From the NCBI GenBank assembly GCA_964016885.1, contig OZ024744.1, positions 74,834,001 to 74,898,000 on the forward strand: a stretch of 64,000 nt of DNA, in the 5' to 3' direction. This document shows positions 54,401-64,000 of this stretch, piece by piece (within the stretch, counting starts at the first letter, position 1; every line of letters begins with the position of its first letter). The position numbers and the translations under genes were made by a program. Source of the stretch: Eledone cirrhosa (lineage: Eukaryota). The notes under the pieces are model-generated. The model ran no database searches, was not told the origin of the DNA, and saw only the letters and a program-made list of their open reading frames with translations.

Positions 54401-55290
54401 GTACCTCCGTAAAAACACTTATTAGCAAGACATACCCTTTTCAAAGACCCTCATGTATAGATAAGAAATGTATAACCTGTAAAATAAGCCCCCATATTAA
54501 CTGTAAAACTAGAAACGTAGTTTATAGCATAAGATGTACTGAAGGACAATGTAGAGACAAAAATATAGTGTACATAGGTGAGACAGCTCGTAGTGTAGGG
54601 GAACGGATAAATGAACACTGGCGAGACCTTCAAGATAGTAAAGAATCATCTGTACTCTACCAACATGCTAAAATAGAACACAAGGGTAAATTAGAGAACA
54701 TAGAAATAAAAATAGAATCTACACACAGAAAAGACGCAATGTTTAGACAAATTACAGAGGCAATAAACATAAAAGAATTACAACCAAAATTAAATAGAAA
54801 ATATGAGTGGAACAGCAACATCACAACTTACAATTAAGGACAAAATGAAAACACACACTCACATAGAACAAACAACCAACCAGTAACATGTAAATAAACA
54901 AATAAATAAATGAACATAAACACACACAGACACCCGGATGTGGCGCATGCGCAGACTGAGCACACAACACACACACAGAAACAAAATGGCATAGGACAGA
55001 ACAAAGGAGAGGCACAGAAACAAAGAAAGGAATCCTCAGTCACTGAAGAGGTCACGGAGTGTGTGACGAAAGAATTATGACAATATATAAACAACTATCT
55101 GGTTGTGGAACCAATCAACCAACCAGAAATTTATAAATTTATAAATTTATAATAAATTTATTATAATAAATTGAAGTGAAAGCAACTGGTGCGTGTGTTT
55201 CTCATTGGCAACATGACCCTCCCAAAGTATAACAATATCGGTTTCAACACACGATCTCAGATAAAGAATCTTGCTAAACAAACTCAGAAA
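54400..55290 (+). mobile_element. PLE 3' fragment (GIY-YIG) with pLTR, related to 45853-46590
   Basis: CKTRNVVYSIRC, YIGETARS..RINEH, RQITEA..PKLNRK. Confidence 0.85.
55039..55081 (+). ncRNA. Type I hammerhead ribozyme in PLE pLTR
   Basis: GUCA-CUGAAGA-G GUCAC GGAGUGU GUGAC-GAAA GAAU UA-UGAC. Confidence 0.8.
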
Positions 55291-55318
55291 CGATATATAT
55301 ATATATATATATATATAA

Positions 55319-55479
<161 letters not shown>

Positions 55480-55599
55480 TAACAGATTAAAGTTTAGGCA
55501 AAGAATCGCTGCTTTCACCCTTAACGGGATCTTCTGAAACCAACAAAGTCAATCTGTAAACGGGGAAGTGGATATTTCAAAAAACATTGCAACTGGAGG

Positions 55600-56059
55600 A
55601 AGACAGGAAGACGTTACTTTGGTTCGTGGAAACGTTCCCTGGCAAAGAACTGGAAAAAACGAATATAATACGTCATTAATAGGAGCGGTGAAAAACATTT
55701 ACACGCAAAGACAGGACCACGTTTATGGTATAAAAGAAGTCGTAGACTAATGTTCTCTTAGGTGGTTCATAGAGACGTTCTCTGGCGATGAACGGAAAAA
55801 AACAAAGATAATACGTCATATGTGGAGCGTGGAGAACAATTGCACGCAAAGACAAAACCACGTAAATGGTATAGCTGAAGTCGTAGACTAAAATTCTAAC
55901 TAGGAAACCGAATGATTCTCGTCTTCAGAGTTACGAATAAAGTAAATAAAATACAGAGGTAAATGAAATGAAATAAATACATACGCGCTTCTATATACGT
56001 ACATACACAAGCATACGCGAAAACACTCGCCATAGGTATACAAAACCACGCACATATAA

Positions 56060-56139
<80 letters not shown>

Positions 56140-56755
56140 ATACGAATAAATAAATATTTGAATAAACGTATATAAATAAATAAATACGTATATAACAAGC
56201 GCACTCACATATCTACATGTAAATACACAAATGTTCGGAGACGTATGTCAACCAAAACATGAAGTACACATACACACACCCAACATACGTACGAACCCGC
56301 ACACTCACACAAACGGAAAACTCCCGTATACACATAACCAAAAGCATATGTACCAGAATATATAAAAATATACGCCATAAAATATACGATCAAATATACA
56401 TACGAGAAAGTATACGTACCTTCACAAAACATACAGGTAATATAAATTTACCTATGCAAATAAGTAATACAGGAAAGTTTTTTGCAATCTATGTTTACAA
56501 GCCGAATTTCCACAGATTTTTTGTTTAAGATGTGGTCTGTGGCGTAGAGTATTTCCAGGGCCTCAGCGGCGCAGAGGTCATATGGTCTTTTATTTCCGTT
56601 ATACGATCTAGCCCTAGCTAGGATCTCCCAGTGTAACTTATATTGGGTGTGGTTGTCTTTTAGACTCCAGATATAAGCTGAAAGTGACGTCATATTCTTC
56701 TTAGAGTGTAACTAAAAGAATGGGTATGCATGTAAAGACGCTGCTTGAATCTATT
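55600..56755 (-). mobile_element. 3' end and pLTR of the same PLE family as 2170-4508
   Basis: MTSLSAYIWSLKDNHTQYKLHWEILARA; nucleotide homology to 3396-4505. Confidence 0.9.
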
Positions 56756-56784
56756 TCTTCAAATTTATTATTATTATTACTATT

Positions 56785-56962
56785 GGCAGTATTGGTGGAG
56801 GGTCAGACATGCTTTCCAGCGTAGTTACGTCCCTTTACGATCTGAGTTCAAATCCCGCCGAGGTTAACTTTGCCTTTCATCCTTACAGGGTCGATACAAT
56901 AAAGTACCAGTAATGCAATGGGTAATTGCTGGCCTTGTGCCAAAAGTAGAAACAATTATTAC
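56785..56962 (+). mobile_element. tRNA-derived SINE copy
   Basis: GAGTTCAAATCCC and conserved core and tail. Confidence 0.8.
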
Positions 56963-57035
<73 letters not shown>

Positions 57036-57629
57036 TTATCTATTTTAGGCACAAGGCCAGCAATTATTATAGTAATAATAATAATAAATGTGAAGAAATA
57101 GATTCAAGCAGCGTCTTTACATGCATACCCATTCTTTTCGTTACCCATATATGTATATATATACAAACACACAGAAGAAATTGGCAAGCAGTTAGACAGC
57201 GGGTGGGAGAAAAATGAAAAAAAAAAACATTCTAAAATAGAATAATGAATTACTGAAAGAAATGTGTGAATGATAGTCTGGCTGAATGACTGAATAATAT
57301 GAAGTGAGAAAGGGGAAAATCACTTACAGCCAAATCAATAAAAAAAAAAGATGATTGTACAATAGGAGGCAGGCAGATTTTCACCGGAAGTTTATAAATT
57401 ATAACGGCTGGGGCGAAAAGATAAGAAATTGGACAACGGTAGCAAAAGAAAGATAACTCAGATGATTATGCACTCATCATACATATATACATGTGTGTGT
57501 GCATATATGTATATATATATATTACATATACATTTAATATGTATATATATATGTATATATACATATATATCTATATATATATATGTATATATATATATAT
57601 AATTATATAAATATATATATATATATTTC

Positions 57630-57664
<35 letters not shown>

Positions 57665-57984
57665 TATGTATATGTATATATATATACATTATATGCATAC
57701 GTATATATAAATATATACACAGAATGACAGTCTGACATACACACTGAAACACACACAGAAGACGAGTTCCCACCACTAACACCACGACGACCAACACCAC
57801 CACGCCCACAATAACCACCACTACTACCACCACAACCACAACCACCACCACCACCATCACAAGATTTTATGTCGTTTCTTATATCTTTATTCTCTCGACA
57901 TCTCTATCATTAAGTTTCTCTTTACCAATACTTTATTTCTCTCTCTCTCTTCTCTCTCACCCTCTCACTCTCTCCTTTTCTAAT

Positions 57985-58212
57985 ACAATTATAATAATTG
58001 TTTCTTATATAGGCACAAGGTAGCAATTTTGTGGGGAGGGAAAGTCGATTAAATCAAACCCAGTGCGTGAATGGTACTTTATTTTATCGACCCCGTAAAG
58101 ATGAAAGACAAAATTAACCTCGGTGGGATTTGAACTCAGATCATAAAGAGCCGTAACTCTATACTGCAAAGCATGGCGTCCTGCCCTCTACCGATACTGC
58201 AAATCCACCAAT
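57985..58212 (-). mobile_element. tRNA-derived SINE copy
   Basis: Reverse complement of the SINE core (GGGATTTGAACTC, TTTATCGACCCC). Confidence 0.78.
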
Positions 58213-58315
58213 AAAGTACATAAAGTAGGACATCTCCAAAGTAATGTATATTATATAAATCTCTCTCTATCTCCCTCTCTCTCTCTCTCTCTCTCTTCAT
58301 ATATATATATATATT

Positions 58316-58400
<85 letters not shown>

Positions 58401-58747
58401 AAGTGAGTGTGTGTTGCGTGTGCGTGTGTGTGCGTGCGTGGGTGTGTGTATATACGTTCACAGACACATATGTACACACACGCGCCCACAGGTATGCACA
58501 TACATACATACAAACATTCATACATACATAAATACACTCACACACGCACAGACACACATATATATTTATGTGTGTGTGTGTGCGTGTGTATGTATATATA
58601 CATATATTTACATATACATATATGTGCGTATGTGCATATATATATATATATATATATAAGGTAAGTTACTCCGGGTTGAATCGGAGGTAACCACAGTAAG
58701 TAAGGTTTATCAATACATAGCAGACCATAAAAGTTTTAATATAGATT

Positions 58748-58794
58748 AGATTCTACAGGGCTAGAACTGTTTCATTAGAAATCATCAGGAATCT
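58748..58794 (-). ncRNA. Type I hammerhead with full stems I and III and vestigial stem II
   Basis: AGAUUC-CUGAUGA-UUUCUAAU-GAAACAG UUCUAGCC CUGUA-GAAUCU. Confidence 0.72.
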
Positions 58795-59067
58795 CTAATA
58801 ATATTCTGTTCCTGCTATATCAAGCGTTAACCTAATATATCCCTTCCATATACTGTACCGATTGTGTTGTTATTTCTGTTTACCTTTTACATACATATAT
58901 ATGCATGTATTAAATATATATATATATATATATTTATATAGGAACGAGTAGGACCCCGAAGGCTGAGCTCAAGCCGTTTCGACGGCTAATGCTGGACTCT
59001 ACTACCCTAAGTATTGAGTACTTTGGTGTGTTATCGTCCACTTGGGTTCCTTACCACATTTCCTTCG

Positions 59068-59133
<66 letters not shown>

Positions 59134-59155
59134 GTGTATATATACGTGTATATAT

Positions 59156-60158
<1,003 letters not shown>

Positions 60159-60641
60159 ACACTCACACATACACACACACCACACACAAACACACACACA
60201 CATATATATATATAATAACACGGTCGTCAGTGGTTAAATGTTTGAAAGTTTAAACATTATTTGATTGTCATTTACATTATATATATATAAATAATGTAAA
60301 TGACGATCAAACATCCTGCTTATAAGCTTTCATACTCTGCCTGTAAATCAATTGCTCGCACTGCTTGTGAATTAATGCATCTATGCTTGGTTTGGTTTTT
60401 GATCATGATGAGTAACACCCTCATTCATTTCTTGCTCTCCTCTCTCAACCTCCTTATAATCTATTGCCCCATTTATGTGATAAACTTTTGACGTAATTTT
60501 TATAATGTAATTTTTTTATGATGTAATTTTTTGTGACATTATATGTATCATGTATTGTGTGTCTTCCTACTTGTCCTTCTTCCTTGTTCTGGGGACTAGG
60601 CTCGATGGTGCCTGCAACCTTTGATATACTTTTGATTATAG

Positions 60642-60686
60642 GCTCTGATGAACCCTGCCCTAGGGTATGGATGAAACACTGTTAGC
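60642..60686 (+). ncRNA. Type I hammerhead ribozyme
   Basis: GCU-CUGAUGA-ACCCUGCCC UA GGGUAUGGAU-GAAAC ACU GUU-AGC, followed by AATAAA. Confidence 0.72.
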
Positions 60687-60742
60687 AAATAAAACAATGT
60701 ATTTCTAAGCACTCTTTGGTTATTCCTAAACTTATATATATA

Positions 60743-63700
60743 TCTATATATATAAAACGGTAGATGTCTGTCTGTGTGTGTGTATGATTTTTATGCATTT
60801 CCACATTTCTCTACCGATTTTGATGAATTTTTTTCCAATGAGCTCCAAATTTACCAGGGCAGGTTAACGCATAATTATTTCTGCCAGGAATGTCCTGCTT
60901 CTGTGAATAAAAATCGATAAAACTAAATACATGCTGTAACCCTCTCTCTTACACGCTTCATTCCTCTCACTACTACCATCAAAAATATATGAAACTACAT
61001 ACATGTTGCAACTCTCTTTAAACGGTTCATCACTCTCTCTACTCCCCCCTCAATCTTCTCTGCAACTCTCTTTAAAAGGTTACTGCCTCTGTCTACTATC
61101 ACCATTACAGTTTATAATAACGACAAAACTTCTTTTGAAGAAACGCGACACAAACTTTGGAACCTAAGTAACAAACAGTCATAACGACACTCGTACATCA
61201 AATATCAACATTTAAAAAGCCGATAACACTAAACACATACTGCTCTCTCAACGTTACATTTTACACACTTACATTTTACATCAAATAACAAATATTCAAA
61301 AGCAACAGATGAATTTATAAAACAACAAACGTAACAATAACGACGCTTAAGCATTTATTTACATGATTCTCAACAAAGACATTATATTTTATTGTTGTCC
61401 TTTTTGTAATTTTCTTTCTTTATTTTTCTCAATATGAGACAAAAAATTGAGAACTTTTTTCACAGGATTCTATTCAAAGTCGGGACAATTATTGCTTTTG
61501 GTCAGGAGAAGGTGATGAGGCAAATCAATTTCAAATCAATCAACAATAAGGGCAAAAATCGATCATGATCATTCACCCTCTCTATAATTTAACTGCTTTA
61601 CTCTCTCTGTCGCTCTTCACTCCCTCTATGACAACACTGCAGAGAGAGAGAGAAACAATGCATATGATCAAATGGAGCGTTCCGTATATTCCCCCTCTCT
61701 ATAATTTAATTGCATTACTCTCTCTGTCGCTCTTCACTCCCTATATGACAACACTGCAGTGGAGCGTTCCGTATTGGCATACGGCTTATCTGGGGCATTT
61801 TCAATCGGCTTATTGCAAATAACAACCCGCAAAATAACACTTCATATAACAGATTAATGCTATAGACATATGAATCGGAATGTAACTCGTGAACTTTTTC
61901 CTGGGCAAAATTATTCGAACAGGCATGACCTCATTGCCAGAGTGTTCAGACTGAAACTGGCTAAACTCATGACTTTAATCAAAAAGGTCAGGTATTTGGG
62001 GCTGTAAAATGTGATATGTTCACCGTCGAATGGCAAAAACGAGGGCTGCCACATGCTCACATTTTGATTTTGTTAGCTGATAAAATCAATTCAAATGCCA
62101 TAGACAGCTTCATTTCGGCTGAAATCCCTAACCCAGCAACTGACCAGGAATTACATGACATCGTCAAAGCTAAAATGGTCCGTGTGCGTCGGGTCCTAAT
62201 GAGCATCACACGTGTCTGAAAGTGGCATCGTGCAGTAAGGGATACCCCCAAAAATTTGTTGACCAGACTCAGACTGTGGCGACGGATAACCCCTGTACAG
62301 GCGGAGACGGCCCGAGAACGGTGGCTTCACCACAACAGTAAGGGGAGGTCAAGTCGACAATAGATGAGTGGGGGGGGGGGGTCTTTTACTGCCCGCTTCA
62401 TTTGAAGATGTTCAACGCCCACATCAACGTTGAGTTTTGCAACTCCGTCAAGTCGATAAAATGCATATGCAAATATGTAGATAAGGGCTCTGATGCCGCA
62501 ATGTTCGCATTTTAAGCTGAAAATAGCAGGGACGAGGTAACAGAATACCTGGCGGGGCGGTACATCAGTAGCAATGAAGCTTTTTGGTGCCTATTTGGTT
62601 TACCCCTACACCAACGTCACCCCGCCATTGTACAGCTTGCGGTACATTTGGAAAATGAGTAAAGGGTTACTTTACGAACCAAACCGCCGCCAAGTTGGCC
62701 GCCGATCCGAAAGAGACCACTCTGACGGGTTTCTTAAAACTTTGCCAGTTCGATACATTTGCGCAAACAATTGTGTACTCCCAGGTTCCATCCTACTTTA
62801 TATGGTCGAAAAACACATGGGTGCGAAGTAAGTCAGATCAGGCTGTTGAAAGACATCCTGGTGTAAAATTTGACAGCTGTCTTGGAAGGGTTTACACTGT
62901 GCCCCCAAGACAGCATAAGTGCTTTCATCTCCGCCTTCTTCTGCATGAAGATGTCGGCCCACAAAGTTTTCAGGACCTCAAAACTGTTGATGGAGAAATA
63001 TGTGATACGTACCGGGAAACCTGCTTTAAGCGTGGTCTTTTGGAAGATGATTCGCAATGGGATTCCACTTTAGCAGAGGGTGCTTTGTTGAAATCACCTA
63101 AAGGTCTATGGGAACTCTTTGCCATTTTGCTTCAAAAGTGTGAATTGGGTGATCTCAAATCTTTATGGGTCAAGTACAGAGACTTCATGTCTGAGGACTT
63201 CCTGCGCCTGGCTCATCTGCAGTATACTTCAGTGGAAGTTGGTTACAGCGACATTATGTACAACAGGGCACTAATTGATATCGTGGACGCCCTCCTCGAC
63301 ATGGGTGGGAATGAGTTGGAGACGTATAGCTTGCCGTCAACCGTCAGAGAGGAAGGTAACACGTTGGCCCCGGATTTGTTGCGGGAAACAGCATATGACA
63401 TCGAATCTCTTTCCCAATACTTAGAGGAAAATGAGCCCAAACTTCTGTCGGACCAAAGGTTGGCCTATTTAACTATCGTTTACGCGATTCAAAATCAGAC
63501 TGGGGGGTATTTACTCTCTCGATGCTCCTGGGGGTACCGGAAAATCTTATGAAACGAAATTGATTCTCGCTAAGATTCGTCAGGAGAAAAAAATTGCGTT
63601 GGCCGTTGCATCGTCCGGGATCGCTGCTACTTTGCTGCCGGGAGGCAGGACAGCACATTCAACCTTTAAACTCCCCTTGGATTTAGTAAAAACTGAGACA

Positions 63701-64000
63701 CCAACATGCAATATCAGCAAGAGTTCACACGAAGCTCTGGTTCTCAAAAGATGTTGCCTCATTGTGTGGGATGAGTGTACAATGGCACACAAGGATTCCC
63801 TTGAGGCATTGGACAGTACCCTGAAAAGTATTAGGGATTCTACGGCTCTTATGAGTGGCGTAACCCTTCTGCTATCAGGAGATTTTCGACAAACGCTGCC
63901 TGTCATCCCCGAAGGGACAAGAGCTGATGAAGTGCGTGCCTGCCTTAAGACGTCCATATTGTGGCTCCAGGTGAAGAGTTTGTACCTGAGCACAAATATG
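60743..64000 (+). mobile_element. Autonomous-type Helitron (Rep/Pif1 helicase), frameshifted, runs off the window
   Basis: 5' TCTATATATATAAAAC..GTCTGTCTG. EWQKRGLPHAHIL (HUH), HINVEFC..CICKYVDKG, RYISSNEA, LDAPGGTGKS, ASSGIAATLLPGGRTAHSTFKLP, WDECTM, GDFRQTLPV. Confidence 0.93.

Noticed and set aside
62695-64000. Host PIF1 helicase gene
   Set aside because: It is fused to a HUH Rep domain, appears intronless, is frameshifted and is preceded by a Helitron 5' TC terminus.

Overview
AT-rich, microsatellite-dense eukaryotic (animal) DNA made almost entirely of nested transposable elements. I found no host protein-coding exon, rRNA, tRNA gene or CRISPR array. The tRNA-derived SINE and the repeat mix suggest an invertebrate, possibly octopus/cephalopod; this is inference only. 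Contents: L1/Tx1-like LINEs beside (TATC)n; four R4/Dong-like RLE retrotransposon copies of one family associated with (CATA)n, plus older relatives; several Penelope-like elements (PLEs; RT + C-terminal GIY-YIG), one with a ~500-codon uninterrupted frame; an RTE element containing a 19 x 70-bp minisatellite made from its own RT coding sequence; a decayed autonomous Helitron and three non-autonomous Helitrons; a mariner remnant; a CRE-like fragment; and SINEs. The main signal not explained by the ORF track is a dense set of type I hammerhead-ribozyme motifs: about 8 with canonical cores and about 10 variant or degenerate ones. They sit in PLE pseudo-LTRs and in short non-coding, terminally redundant or fold-back units inserted in (TA)n, resembling retrozymes or non-autonomous PLEs. 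All motifs were read by eye and coordinates are approximate.
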